From NCBI GenBank assembly GCA_951406725.2, contig OX597834.1, forward strand, positions 43,710,001 to 43,774,000: a DNA stretch of 64,000 nt, given 5' to 3'. Every line of letters starts with the position of its first letter. Position 1 is the stretch's first letter. This DNA comes from Octopus vulgaris (Eukaryota). Positions 1 to 13,846 of this stretch are shown in pieces. A program made the position numbers and the translations under genes. Under the pieces are notes generated by a model. The model saw only the letters and a program-made list of their open reading frames with translations. It was not told the DNA's origin and searched no databases.

Positions 1-613
1 AATCAACCTGCTTGTGTGACTGCATCTTTTAATCATAGACTTACACAAATATCTTACGCGAAGAAACAGACGCATGTAAATATATACTTAACTGCTGTGT
101 ATATGTGTGTGTGTATGTGAGTATTAACATCTGTATGTATTTCAGACAGATATAATACCCTGCTGTTCTGCGAAACCGTTACCAAGCATCGTAGACGTTA
201 ACAATGCTCAGCTACCGCAGCTGTGGGAATTAAGATATGAAATAGGAGTTGGTTGAAAACCTCTGCAAGTAATCCTCTCTCTGTTTCTCTCTCTCTCATT
301 CTGTCTCTCTGTCTCTCTCTCTTTCAAATTACCTCGGAGTATTGCTTTACTCATATATCTAGGTTACATAAAAGGCCGTTTTGTTTGTGCAAACTAACGT
401 ATTGTTGCTCTGTACACTTCTGTTATACCTTATACGATGTAGATTAAGTATTTTGAATTTAGTCGCGAAAAACAAAAATAAAATAAAATGTGAGGGAAAC
501 AAGTACACGCGTAAATCCAAAGACACACGCACACAAACATTCACATAAGCACACTAAGAAACAAATTCACATGTACATACACAAGCACACACATAACGAC
601 ACATATATACAAA

Positions 614-644
<31 letters not shown>

Positions 645-655
645 GTATATATATA

Positions 656-729
<74 letters not shown>

Positions 730-751
730 TATGTATACATACCTATATATA

Positions 752-925
752 TCTATTATATAAAATCCGTTCTGGCTATCTCTGTGTATGTCACTAGGAT
801 CTCGGGCATCCTCCATCCGATTGCGCTCAAATTTAATATCTAGATACCGACGGTATCAGGACGTGTATAACTCTTGAAAAAATTACAAGAATCGATTCCA
901 GGTGAGAATGCGATCGATAAAGCCG
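752..925 (+). mobile_element. Non-autonomous Helitron-like element, 5' portion (copy 1)
   Basis: Begins A|TCTATTATATAAAA (Helitron-type TC start), then TCTG/TGTG tract and CCGATTGCGCTCAAATTT; about 150 bp shared with 35281-35445. No clear 3' CTAG end found. Confidence 0.55.
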
Positions 926-1247
926 TTTTTGTCCTGCTTTTCTTCCCTCAACCAAGCTATAAAAGACAAGGCCGTTTCTCTGATAAAAAGCGAGAATGAA
1001 CGAGAAGGGACGACAGGGCAAAAGGGAAAAATGTAATGAGAAAAACGAAAAACGAAACGCAACATAGGAAGGTAAAAGAATTAGGAAAAACGTCACTTGG
1101 TCTTTTAGGTTTGGAATTATTGTGATTGTCGTAAATTTATTCGATGAGTAAAGGGTGTAGTTTGCAGGATCACATGCTTGATAAAGTGAACGGAGTTTTC
1201 CACTGTATAAATGTGTGAGTGTTCTTGAAGAAGCGTAGTACTTTTGC

Positions 1248-1296
<49 letters not shown>

Positions 1297-2177
1297 GTGG
1301 GGGGGTTAAACATTTAATAAATATAGAGTTCGGCAGCGTGCGTAGGTCGACTCCCCCTATTTAAATAACGGGATTCTCCGGAGAACAGGGTAAAGAACCA
1401 GCTCTGCTAGGATTCTGAAGATCATCTGGTCAATCTACTGAAAGAAACAGTAAGATACAGCTAATTAGAAACAATCTTCTAAACGACAGACTCTGCTAAC
1501 GATGAGCTGATAATAACCGCATCTCGAGGCTCCACATCTGTCTCGCTCAACACTCTCTCGTCTTACGAAGAGCGCCTAAATGGGCGTTTAGGAAACGTAC
1601 GGATGTAAATTAATCCACAAGATAAACAAGTTGGCCTATTCAGTTAATTAATGCACGTCGCCAGTGAATGTCTCTATTTGCAAATGAGCAATGCCAAAGC
1701 TCTGAGTAATTGTAAGCTACTGTTTTGCTTTGTCGATTGAAAGAAGTAAGAACTAAGGCTGAAGAATGTTCGGTGTCACTAGTCGAGCCGGATCGACTTT
1801 CCCGTTTGCAAATGCAGTTTAATAAGTTTGTATAAACATCGCTGTATTTTAATAGTAATAGAAATATTTATTAAATTTCCATGAGATGCTGCAACGACTA
1901 CCACTTTCTGCTGTTATAAACACTCGTGTAAACAGGCTTTCTTTACTCTTATAGACAACAATAAATGTTTGCTCGGTGGCCTTTTTAAAACAAGCTATGT
2001 TCAGAGTTATTCCTAATCTCTCATCAGATTTTTAACTTGTATTTACGAAATCTCATAATTTAAATTATTTGATAACTTAGATATGTTTCGGTGAAAGATT
2101 GGCCCTGGTAACGTTTAACTTAATAGCTTGACTTAACGTTTAGCTTAACACACGATCTGTTAAGTAATTTTTAGGTT

Positions 2178-2530
2178 AAGTTTTGTGGCATCATTTCCCA
2201 TTCAAGTGAGGAGTTGGTGTTGATTGAGATCTATCGAGGTATAGGTGACTTATCTGGTACGCTTGAAGTAAATTGTCCTAAATTAATAGCAGAACCTGAT
2301 GGGATTTTTGAGTCAAGTTTTGTGGTATCATGGCCCATTCAAGTAGGGAGTTGTTGACTAAGATATATCTATGTCTAGGTGGCTTACCCGGTATCCCTTA
2401 AAGGAATTGGTCCTAGTTTCATTTGAAGGTGACGGGATCTGTTTCTTTGATTTGTTTGTGATAATAGCAATAGAGCAAGGCCTGTTGACGAAAAGAGATT
2501 GCGTTGCAGTGACTTTATGTGTTGTGAGGC
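2178..2530 (-). mobile_element. Degenerate CR1-group LINE ORF2 C-terminus, with the last ~105 bp present twice
   Basis: Minus-strand translation across frameshifts gives HIKSLQRN..SSTG..KL(D)QF..IP(D)KPP..YI..NNSLLEW, and a second copy LGQFTSSVPDKSPIP..NSSLEW. Same motif as KLDIFLSRVPDEP..SNSIL at 27057-27380. Confidence 0.6.
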
Positions 2531-3144
2531 TGAATTCGGGCCTTGTGCCTAGAGTAGAAAAGAATATTCAATTATAAATATATATAACATCGGATGGCTA
2601 TGAAGGTCCAGTAAAGTAAAACAGTAACGCAAAGTTCCATAGGTAAAAATGGGTTCAGAACCACTGTTTCGAATTTATGCAAATGATTTATTCAAATTAA
2701 ACGTAGCATATATTTTTCACTACGATTCCGTTGCTTGTATATTCGTTATAAAGCAGAAAAGTGAGTTTTCAAATGACGACTGAACTTCACGCCATCATTG
2801 TGTTTGGAAATCTTATGTCATTCTGTAATCTTTTAATGTTCTGGTGATGTACTTTAGCATGGTTTTTGTGCTACTGCTTCAGAGACAAACGTTTCTGTAT
2901 CTTACACACCTTTCTCTCACCCTGGTGTCATAAGGTCGAAGCATTGTTGCTCGAGTAGTGAATTTCTCGTATTTAATGGACGATGTTAAACTTGATGTAT
3001 CTGGACGCCATATTTGACCGAGGATCAAATCAGGTTTACAGGACTTTCCATCTTTTCAACGAACAAACAATGATTTTAAGCTCGCGTTGCCTTCATCATT
3101 AACTAAAAAAATATCTGTTGATTGTTATCTTCTGTCTCTTATCC

Positions 3145-3462
3145 TCTACTTGTTTCGATAATTACACTGCGGCCATGCTGTGGCACCGCTTTAAAGAAAT
3201 TTCTGTCGAAAGAATCAAACCAAGTACTTATTTATTTTGTTTTAAAGCTTGCTACGAATAAGTATTCTATCGGTTTCTTTTGCCGGTCTCTTTTATCCCA
3301 CCACCAAGCGGTTGTGGCGGTGCAGGTGATGGGGTACAAACATAGACACAAAGGCACACACGCATAGCTGCATATATGTACATATATACGACGGTCTTCT
3401 TTCAGTTTCCGTCTACTAAATCCCGTCACAAGGTTTTGGTCGGCCAGAGACTATAGTAGAAA
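3145..3462 (-). mobile_element. SINE family A, 5'-truncated
   Basis: Reverse complement of family A body and tail (GCGGCCATGCT..GCACCGC; CTTTCAGTTTCCGTCTAC). Confidence 0.8.
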
Positions 3463-3500
3463 TGTTTAGCGGTATTTCGGCTGCCGCTACGTTCTGAGCT

Positions 3501-3579
3501 CAAGTGTCTTCTACTTTAGCCTCGAGCCTACCAAAGTTTTGTGAGCAGATTTGGTAGACGGGAACTGAAAGAACCCCGT

Positions 3580-3620
<41 letters not shown>

Positions 3621-3621
3621 C

Positions 3622-3654
<33 letters not shown>

Positions 3655-3869
3655 GTGTTTGTAAGTCTATGTTTGTCCCCGCCACCATCGCTTGACAACC
3701 GATGTTGGCGTGTTTATGTCTCCGTAGCTTAGCAGTTCGGCCGAAGGGAACGATTGAAGAAGTCCTAGGCTTACAAAGAATAAGTCCTGAGGTCGATTTG
3801 TTCGACTAAAGGCGGTGCTCCAGCGTGGCTACACTCAAATATTTGAAACAAGTAAAAGAGTAAAAGACT
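3501..3869 (+). mobile_element. SINE family A lacking its head
   Basis: CAAGTGTCTTCTAC..GATTTGGTAGACGGGAACTGAAAG, internal (CA)/(TA)/(TG) tract, tail GGCGGTGCTCCAGC..GAAACAAGTAAAAGAGTAAAAG. Confidence 0.85.
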
Positions 3870-3891
3870 ATATACATACACACACACATAC

Positions 3892-3938
<47 letters not shown>

Positions 3939-4044
3939 CACAGATGCAAATACATACACATATACATATTATATATGTAATATATACATGCACATACTTG
4001 TGTGTGTGTGTGCATGTATGTCTATACATAAATATACATTTAAC

Positions 4045-4132
<88 letters not shown>

Positions 4133-4749
4133 CGTGTGTGCAAATTTCAATATTCATATTCGGAACACACCGAAGCTGCAGATCAATACTTCCGAGTACA
4201 CCGTGTCGCTGTACGCATTCGTATCTTCTTCGTATTTCTTATACGAAGATACACTTGTTTTTGCAGCGTGTGAGCGCGCTATCTCATGATCTACTGTCTG
4301 TATGAGATGTAATTGCTAAAGGGTGTCATTGTCCACGGATTGTTAGGAACAAACATGAAATAGTTACTAAATTCTATCACTGATTTATTTCAATGATGTT
4401 AATTATCAGTACATATTTTTCTCGGGCTTTTCCTATCTAATTAACGTATTGTTTGTCCTTACAGACTGTGTTTAAGTCGCTTGAAAAATGGCCGACACTT
4501 CTCCAATAGAATGACTTCGCCGGCTTTCGACAATAATAGCAGCTAACGAACTATATTGTTATAAATATAGCATAAATAAACCTGGTATATTGTTTTTGAT
4601 TCGGCAAGACAAGATAGCTTTCTCATCATGCAACCTGTATTTTCTCTTTGGTTTGTCTTCTCTTGTCTTTCATTTTCACAGACATTTGAAAAAGACAATT
4701 TTTTTTTTCTTTTTGCCTGCAACACCATGCTTTTCGTTCCAACACTACC

Positions 4750-4962
4750 ATTGCTGCTGTTGCTGTTGCTGCTGCTGTTGCTGGTGTCTTTGTTGTTGTT
4801 GTTGTTGTTGTTGTTGTTTTTGTTGCTTTTATCGTCGTCGTCGTCGTCATCGTTCTAGCTGTTGTCATATGTGCTGCTGCTGATGATGATGATGTTGCTG
4901 CTATTGCTACTGTTTTTGTTGTTGCTGTTACATCCGCTGCTTGCTCTTGTTGCTCTTTCTCG

Positions 4963-5027
<65 letters not shown>

Positions 5028-5929
5028 GCTACTGCAACTACTACTACTGCAAATCTACAAATACTACCGCTACTACTACTACTGCTGTTGTCGTTGCTCC
5101 TGCTGCTGTTGCTGCAGTGGCTACCACAACCAGTACAGTGCATCTATAATACCACCACCACTATCATTAATACTAACTTCACCTCCATGCTGAGTGTCAC
5201 CGCTCTTTTCTTCTCATCAGCATTGTAAGCGGTTCATGGTTCGTTCAACTGAACTAACAATCCACAACCACTGCCATCATCACCACCACCAACACCACCA
5301 TCACCACCAAAGCCACAGCCACAACAACAACCACCACCACCAGCAACAACAACAACACCAACATCACCGCAACCACCAACACCACTACCATCAACACTAC
5401 CGCTACACTATTACTAGTACTACACAACCACTACCACCACCACCACCATTACCACCACAACCGCAGCCACCACCATCAACACAACCACCACCACCAATAA
5501 CAACAACAACCACTGCCACCAACATCACCACTACTGCCATTAGCACCACGACCATCATCACCAACAACAACACCAACACTACCACCACCAGTAGTATAGC
5601 CAGCAGCCCACCCCTATCTACCTCCTCTTTCCTGTCCCCACTGCGTGCCATTGCAGCTAACACCATTATCATCGTCATCGGAAGCCCCACCGTCATCACC
5701 AGCGGAGATAATAATAGTAAACGATCCGTCATCATAAGGCACTTCAATAAAACCTTCGGCATTATCGCCACAATCAACAACATCGACGTTGCCTTTATCA
5801 TCATCATCATTGTCATCGCCGTCGTCGTAGATGTGTTCGTCGTCAGCGTTGTCTTCGTAGCTATCATCTTTCTTGCCCTTTTTGCCTTCACTATTATTGC
5901 CCTCGTCGTCGTCGTCATCATCCTCATCT

Positions 5930-5960
<31 letters not shown>

Positions 5961-6040
5961 CGTCATCATCATATCACCGTCATGACCCCCCTCACTACCA
6001 TCACAATCCTCGTCGACGTCAGCATCATCATCATCAACAT
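4750..6040. repeat. Compound trinucleotide low-complexity region (TGT/TGC, CTA, CAC/CAA, CAT)
   Basis: Directly visible; source of the poly-L/T/H/I pseudo-ORFs. Confidence 0.9.
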
Positions 6041-6295
6041 GTTGAGCGTTTCCTTGATGTTATGGGATCGAGATTTTCTCTGTGTTCCTTTCTCGAACTC
6101 TTTCATTTCTTCTCTATTTTTCCCCTCTTCTTTCTTTCCCAACACCTGTAGTCTTTCAAACATTATGCCTGTGATTACACTTAAAAAGTTTTAGCGTACT
6201 CTACATGAATTCACTTTATCTCTAAGAATTCATGCAATCGACATTTCTCTCCGTTGCTAGTCCGTATGTATTTCGATGTGTATATGTATATGTGC

Positions 6296-6371
<76 letters not shown>

Positions 6372-6417
6372 GTATATTTATCTGTCTATCTATCTGGCTA
6401 TCTATTTGTCTATCTGC

Positions 6418-6475
<58 letters not shown>

Positions 6476-6605
6476 CGTGTCTGTCTGTCTAGTTATCTAT
6501 CTATATGTCTGTCTGTCTATCTATTTATCTATCTCTATCTATCTGTCTATCTGTCTATCTATCTATATATCTATCAATCTCACTCTTTTAATATCTATCT
6601 ATCAA
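6296..6605. repeat. (ATCT)n/(GTCT)n tetranucleotide microsatellite
   Basis: Directly visible. Confidence 0.95.
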
Positions 6606-6659
6606 TCAATCCCCCCTCTCTCTCTCCCTCTCTCTCTCTCGCCCTCTCGTATACATATT

Positions 6660-7034
6660 GGCGCAGGAGTGGCTGTGTGCTACGAAGCTTGCTTCCAAAG
6701 CACAAGGTTCTGGATTCACTCTCGTTGTGTCGTACCTTGGGCAAGTGCCTTCCACTATAGCTTCGCGCCGACCAAAGCCTTTTGAGTAGGTTTCGTACAC
6801 GGAAACTAAAAGACGCCTGTCCTATATACATATGTATATATTTACGTGTGTGTTTGTGTCTGTGTTTGTCCTCCCGCCACCATCGCTTGGCAACCGATGT
6901 TGGTGTGCTTACGTCCCGGTAACTTAACGGTTCAGGAGAGGAGTCCGATAGAATAAGCACCAGGCTTACAAAGAATATGTCCAGCGGTCGATATCTTCAG
7001 TCAAATGACTGAAAGAAACAAAAGAATAAAAGAA
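6660..7034 (+). mobile_element. SINE family A, full length (tRNA-derived head, CORE-like domain)
   Basis: GGCGCAGGAGTGGCTGTGTG (A-box-like), GGATTCACTC (degenerate B box), CCTTGGGCAAGTG, internal microsatellite, tail CAGTCAAATGACTGAAA..AAAGAATAAAAG. Confidence 0.85.
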
Positions 7035-7044
7035 CAAAATTACA

Positions 7045-7362
<318 letters not shown>

Positions 7363-7635
7363 TAATTGGTAAAATTAATTAATTAATTAATTAATAACTA
7401 ATAATTTTATCAAGTAGTTCGCTATGTTAAAAGGGACATTATAGGTAACATTATGCAAAACTTCTATAATTATAAACATAATTATAATTAGGGTTCAGCA
7501 AAAACTGCTTCACCACATACCGAAATTTAGAAATAGCAGTTAAATACTATTCCACTACCATACCATAAGATATCTCCCAGACAATAATACTCTCAGTTCA
7601 CGCAGGTAAATAATGAATCCACCTGGCTTTGATTA

Positions 7636-7714
7636 ACTATATACGCGTTTCTGGGTTAAAAAGATGTAAAAAGATGTAAAACATATTTTTACTCACTCCC
7701 GTCTTCAGTATTGT
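7636..7714 (-). ncRNA. Hammerhead-ribozyme-like motif (minimal type I, imperfect)
   Basis: Minus strand: ACAATA-CTGAAGA-CGGG..CCCA-GAAAC-GC-GTA-TATAGT; stem III is the palindrome ACGCGT; stem I weak. Confidence 0.45.
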
Positions 7715-8895
7715 ATTATAATTATAAATTTGAGAGCACTGACAATTAATATACGTATCCGATCAAGCGCTATAGGAGACGTACATAGATATAACTATAA
7801 ATATGTGTGTGTGTGAGTGTACTTTAGTATTTAAAATGACTATTAGAAAACCATAAAACAGGGGATTTCAAACGAAATGTCTCGAGAGATTTCTTCAACA
7901 CCCCCTTATAATTGTCGCTTTCTGAAATATCATGAAGCAGTGATTTGTCCTAAAAGTAAGTGGCAAAAAATGGCGCTGTTCTTTTATAATTTCAGATATA
8001 AAATAGAAACAAACAACATCACACGATTAGTAAAGTGTAACAACTGTAAACTTTCTCCACACAAATATGTAATCTGCCTAAAAATGATAAATGAATAGCA
8101 GATAAATAGACGAAAGGCGAATCCCTTGAAATGAATCATATTGCAATTTAGTTACAAATGTCTGATGAAACTAAAGACAAAGAAGAAAAACAACAGAACA
8201 TTTGACATGAGTTATATATGCCATCAACATGGCCGCCATGGCGTATTAAATAAGATCCCCGTGGAGAAGGGAGGCTGTCATAGTTATATATTGTTTACTA
8301 CTACTTGTAATTCTTCGTATTGTTACAACCGTTGTCTGCTTGTAGAATTATTAAGTTGTTGCTGTTGTTGTTGTTGTTGTAGTTGTTGTTTTTAGGGAGT
8401 CAGAAACGAGAAAATTGATTTATAGTTTGAGGGTGAAGTTATACAATTAAGATTTCAAACGATTGTCGGTTGTCTCCTTTCTTTCTTTTTCTTTTGTCTG
8501 TCTCCCCCCTTGTCTTCCTCTAACTTCACCCCTTCCCTGAAGGGGACAATATCTTGTGTCACTGGGAATAGCGTTGACGAAAATATTACAAAAGTCAGTC
8601 GTTTGAAAATTTTACAGACAATTACCGAATCCTATATTAAAGTCAGCAGAGTGAATCCCTTAGGAGGCCAAAGACAAAAGATGTGTGGCTTAACAACTTG
8701 CCTTTGTAGTCAAACGAGAGAACGTGAAGTAATTCTTCTTTTGGAACGAAGATTCTGGAAGTAGATAAAGCTATAAATATTAGCCTCTATATATATATTC
8801 TTACATTTCAGGATGGTCAATTTATTTTTTGTTGCTGTTGCCAAATAAGTACAAGCTTTTCACTCGTTTATTGTTTTTCTTATTTTATGTCCATT

Positions 8896-8938
8896 GTCTG
8901 GAAATCTTTCGTTACACACCTGTGACCTCTTCAGCGAC
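8896..8938 (-). ncRNA. Hammerhead-ribozyme-like motif (degenerate)
   Basis: Minus strand: GTCG-CTGAAGA-G-GTCAC(AGGTGT)GTAAC-GAAA-GATT-TC-CAGAC; stem I GTCG/C(A)GAC with a bulge. Confidence 0.4.
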
Positions 8939-9071
8939 TTTTCCTTTCCACGTGTCTCCCCCTGGCCTTCTTAGTTCATCCAGTCTTTCTATAAGAAAGA
9001 CCATCCCGAAATATAACAATATCTGTTTCCAAACAGGATTTCACATCAGGAATCTTGCAAAACAAAAACTT

Positions 9072-9122
<51 letters not shown>

Positions 9123-9395
9123 ATATATATATATATATAATATGTATGTATGTGTGTGTGCGCGTGTGTGCGCAAATCTATGTCAATATACGCACTAATA
9201 TCGAAAAGTGAGAATGAGTGCTCAAAACCGCACTAATGGATGGATATTCTTTATTCGTGGGTGAACAAGGCAACCAATGGTCTCATGTAGAGAGATATCG
9301 TTCCAATAATTATCAAGTCTGCCACAGGGGAACGTAGGTACTCGTTTCCATCTTGGATGTTTAAAATTTTTTGTTCCTTCTACATTTGAACAATA

Positions 9396-9440
<45 letters not shown>

Positions 9441-9474
9441 TTACTCACTCACACACACATATGAATATTTATGC

Positions 9475-9550
<76 letters not shown>

Positions 9551-10146
9551 ATATATATATATATATACATACTGAGAGACTGAAAGAGATTGCTATCCCA
9601 TTGGGATTTCGCTGCTTCAATGTCGGATGTATTACACTGGTTATGGATATGTGTGCGCATGCGTGTTTGAGTAAATCAGCATGAATCTAATACTAAAGTC
9701 TCTTGAGAGCTTTTCACTAAGTATTATATTATATAGAGTAAGGTCGCGCATATAAAAATTTGAAATTATCTTCCATGCCATTGTTTGACTAAAATCAACT
9801 ACAATAAATCAACTTATTGGAATTTATGGAAATTGAAGTGAATACTGTCTTTAAAAACACTCCTCTCTGCATCGACTTGGTTGATGGTTTCACATTTTAA
9901 GCATTCCCAGAGGGAGTTTTTTACTACTAACTGCATAGGTAATCTCATTATTTGAGACGTTTCAACCTATTATATTTTATAGGTGGCTTCTTAACATATT
10001 TACATTTTCTATGCGGGAGTACTTCCGTAGCTATATTACTAGCTTCCATCGGCAAACGAAATACCGCTAAGCACTTCTACTATAGCCTCGGGACGACCAA
10101 AGTCTTGTCAGTGAATTTTGCAAACGGAAACTGAAAGAGGCTCGTC

Positions 10147-10213
<67 letters not shown>

Positions 10214-10256
10214 CTTACATACATACATATATATAAATTAGAAAAAAAACATCCTT

Positions 10257-10300
<44 letters not shown>

Positions 10301-11428
10301 CTGAAACAATTAAAACAAATATTTTTTTTTTAAAAACGATAGTATATCCAGGAATATATTATTTAGTATGTCTTTCCATTATTAAAGAGAGTAGTGTTTA
10401 ATTTGAGGGCGATTGGGTTACTTTTTCTAGCAGGTCAGTAAAATCTCTGTCTGTTGTTGATGAAGTAAAATATCAACTACTGCGTTTAAATTATTCTGAA
10501 GACGTTTAGATTTCTCACTCGTTGCCAAATGTTTCAGATCATAATTGAAGTCAATAAAAGCCATTCCTTTTAAATTCCAGACACTCTGTTTCGTTTCTCT
10601 CTCTCTCTCACTCTTTCTTTTTTCTTCTTTTCTTCTTTTCCGTGCGTAATATGTACATTGTACTTAGAACTTCTTACAGGCCTCAAGCGGCTGACAATCT
10701 CCATCTAAAAGTCATTTAGTGTCTAAATTAGTTACACAAAGCGATGTAATATTAAATTTAGTTCGCAAAGGTTATGGGAAAGAAGAAAAAAAAGTCGACT
10801 TTATAATTACAACAAAGTCATTTTTGGTTGTCTTACTTTACGACTCAGTTCTGAAGAATTTGGGAGATTAAAAGAATGGAATTTAATTTCCCGATTGCTT
10901 TGAGCTAACTTTGAATTTATGAATTAATTAAATTCAAATTTTTCTCTAATGAAATTAAGTTTTGAAATGAATTAAAATAAACATAAATAGGCCAAGGCGG
11001 AAATACGTTTTAGTACAATTATTTTAGTTTCTCTTTTTTCCTTTTTTTTTTTGAGTTAATGATTAATAGATTAACATCAGAACGGCGTATTAATGCCTAA
11101 CACATAACATTACTATCAGCTCTAGTACATCACAACGATATATTTCTATACAACATAGTATAGCTCTGTAAAATTTAGTATTTCACCATACGACAATGTA
11201 TATTTTTGTGTCAATGTACCTAATACAGAAAACATCAAACGATAACTCAGAGATATTCAAATGGCAAAAAAATAATTGATATTAATCAATGCCAAGTATC
11301 ATTTTGATAATTTCAGCCGGTTAGGGAGACAGCGCTACGAATGTTATGTTCCGATCTTATTAAACCGCTTCGGCAAAACATAGACTCCATCATAAATGCG
11401 AATGCAGTGATGAAACACAACTACATAA

Positions 11429-11552
11429 GGCGCATGCGTGGCTATGTAGTAAGGGACTTGCTTTTTGTCCACTTGGCTCCGGGTTCAGTCCCACTGCGAA
11501 GAACCTTGGGCAAGTGTCTTCTACTATATCATCGGGCCGACCAAAACTCTGG
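11429..11552 (+). mobile_element. SINE family A, 5' part
   Basis: GGCGCATGCGTGGCTATGTAG..CCGGGTTCAGTCCCACTGCG..CCTTGGGCAAGTGTCTTCTACTAT. Confidence 0.8.
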
Positions 11553-11717
11553 TTTCTAGCACTGCTGTGACGTGTGCTGTGGCCCTGAGAAGGGCGAAGT
11601 ACCCGTTTCCAGCTGGGTACACTGGTGACCGCTCGGACAACATCCCACCAGTTATAGTATTATGGCAAGCTGGCATAATTGTTACCACACCGGGTGAAAT
11701 GCAGATGAAATACCTAC

Positions 11718-11868
11718 TTATTTATTGCCCACAAGGGGCTAAACAGAGAGGAGACAAACAAGGACAAAGTCGATTACATCGACCCCAGTTCGTAGCTGGT
11801 ACTTATTTAATCGACCCCGAAATGATGAAAGGCAAAATCAACCTCGGCGGAATTTGAACTCAGAATGT
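11718..11868 (-). mobile_element. SINE family B, 3' part
   Basis: Reverse complement of TTCTGAGTTCAAATTCCGCCGAGG..TTTCGGGGTCGATTAAATAAGTACCAG; tail GCCCCTTGTGGGCAATAAA. Confidence 0.85.
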
Positions 11869-12309
11869 CCAGATTAATTTTTCTGGCAGTCGTTCAGTAC
11901 CATTCTGTCTATCAGAAGTTGGTCTTTTGTCCCTCGGCTTTTCCTTCTTTATTGTTTCTGTTCCGCTGGAAGTTTGTCCTTCATTTCCAGGAAGTTATAA
12001 ACATGGTTCGATATTATTCCTGATGCTCCCGAATCAGCATCACCCAGAAAATTCTCAGAATAGAAGACACTTAGTAGCGCTCAGCTGATTCAAACGTAGA
12101 TTCCGATGTCTTTACAGAGGATCAATTCTGTGGGATAAAGAATACCTATAAGAGAGATCAAGTTGGACAGATACAGACTCAAATATGCAGATACACTAAT
12201 TATTAATAGGTGTATTAAATATAACAGTTTGGGTATGAATTCCAAAATATGTATATATGTGTACTCGTAAAGCAAGAGAAAGCAAAGACTTTCAGATGAT
12301 GGATATTTG

Positions 12310-12680
12310 ATTATAATTATATAGATATTTATATTAATTGATCCAACTTATATAGAGTACAGACGACAGAGAAAATTAAAAGGGAAGAAACGAAGTGTTA
12401 TACGTTTAACGGCTGTTTCTAGGGCTCGGAGATTCAGGATAATAATTGCAGAGGTATTTTATCACTGTATGCAAGCCGTAATGGAAGCAATCAGCATTGA
12501 ATAAAACGAGCCTCCATCATCAAGAGACAAGAGATCATACGTTTCAGATTCTAGTTCAGAAGAGTTCAAATATGGAAAGGTGGAAACACCTTAATTCCTC
12601 TCTTTTCATTTTTTTCTCTGTCGTTTGTATTCTGTGTAAACTGGATCTATTAATATAGATATCGATAGATTTATACTTAA
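12310..12680. mobile_element. Old fold-back element with a hammerhead-like motif in the spacer (Penelope-like remnant)
   Basis: 12324-12371 is the inverse of ~12616-12663 (40/48 matches). Minus-strand TTGATGA-TGGAGGCTCG..CGAGCCCTA-GAAAC-AGCC-GTT at 12405-12528. Confidence 0.55.
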
Positions 12681-12732
12681 ATATTTATCGGCCGCCAGTC
12701 TTCATTCTTTACTTTGTCTCGTTTTAATGTAT

Positions 12733-12946
12733 ATTCTTTTATTCTTTTACTTCTTTCGGTCATTTGACTGCGGCCATGATGGAGCACAGCCTTTATTCGA
12801 ACAAATCGACCACAGGAATTATTCTTTGTAAGCCTAGTACTTATTCTTTCGGTCGATTTTGCCGAACCGCTAAGCTACAGGGACGTAAACACAACAACAT
12901 CTGTTGTCAAGCGAGGTGGAGGAACAAACACATACAGACAAATACA

Positions 12947-12985
<39 letters not shown>

Positions 12986-13160
12986 ACATATATATATATA
13001 TACGACGGGCTTTCAGTTTTGTCTATCATATCCACTCAGAAGGCTTTGCTTGGCCCTTGATCTCGTAGAAACACTTGCCTAAGGTGTCACACGGTGGGAC
13101 TGAACACGGAATGATGTGGTTTGTAAGCAAGCTACTTATCACACACGCATTTCTGCACAT
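12733..13160 (-). mobile_element. SINE family A, full length
   Basis: Reverse complement of the whole family A sequence, with internal (CA)n(TA)n. Confidence 0.88.
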
Positions 13161-13242
13161 ATTTCCTACCGAAACTGTTACATTTAATATATTTAATTAG
13201 TTTATCCGCATAATTGCGCCCCTATCTCACTCTCTCTCTCTT

Positions 13243-13296
<54 letters not shown>

Positions 13297-13846
13297 TCCA
13301 TCCCACAAGGGAAAGATCGTTTTAGCTTGCTGTGCCAGCATCTCGTAAACGTAATTGAGGTTAGTGGCTATTTGTGGCTCTCAGAGTTAAACTCTTTCGC
13401 ACTTATTTTTAGCAATCGCTGGTGCTATTTTGCACCCTTTATTTACTAATTCCTTTTGGGGTTTTAAGTACTAGCGATACATACTATAATTTATTTAACA
13501 TATCTTAATATATTAGTATACCATTGTAGTATCTTCCTGTTTTGTATATATATATATGTATGTATATTTATATTTATATACTATATTGTTTATGGACTGG
13601 TATGATTTCAGCAAAGCTTTGAAACCGGATTGAAGACGACCAGTTCAGAGCTATTGTACATTCTGTAAGGTCTGCTTGAACCTAAATATATTCCTAGCTT
13701 AGAAACGTGGTAACGCATTTTGTAGGAGATCTCAACAGTTGATAGTAGTAAGAACTGGTACTAAACTAAAACTCAATTTAATGATCCGGGATATACATAT
13801 ACGGATATATATATCCATATATATATATATACACACATATATATAT

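Noticed and set aside
1556-1605. CTTACGA..GAGCGCCT/GGGCGTTT..GAAACGTA hammerhead-like string
   Set aside because: Core G5 is absent, there are extra bases before GAAA and stem I is out of register; too degenerate to call.
5194-5985. 263-aa His/Pro/Thr/Ile-rich ORF
   Set aside because: Translation of trinucleotide tracts that are open in several frames and on both strands; no domain or splice context.
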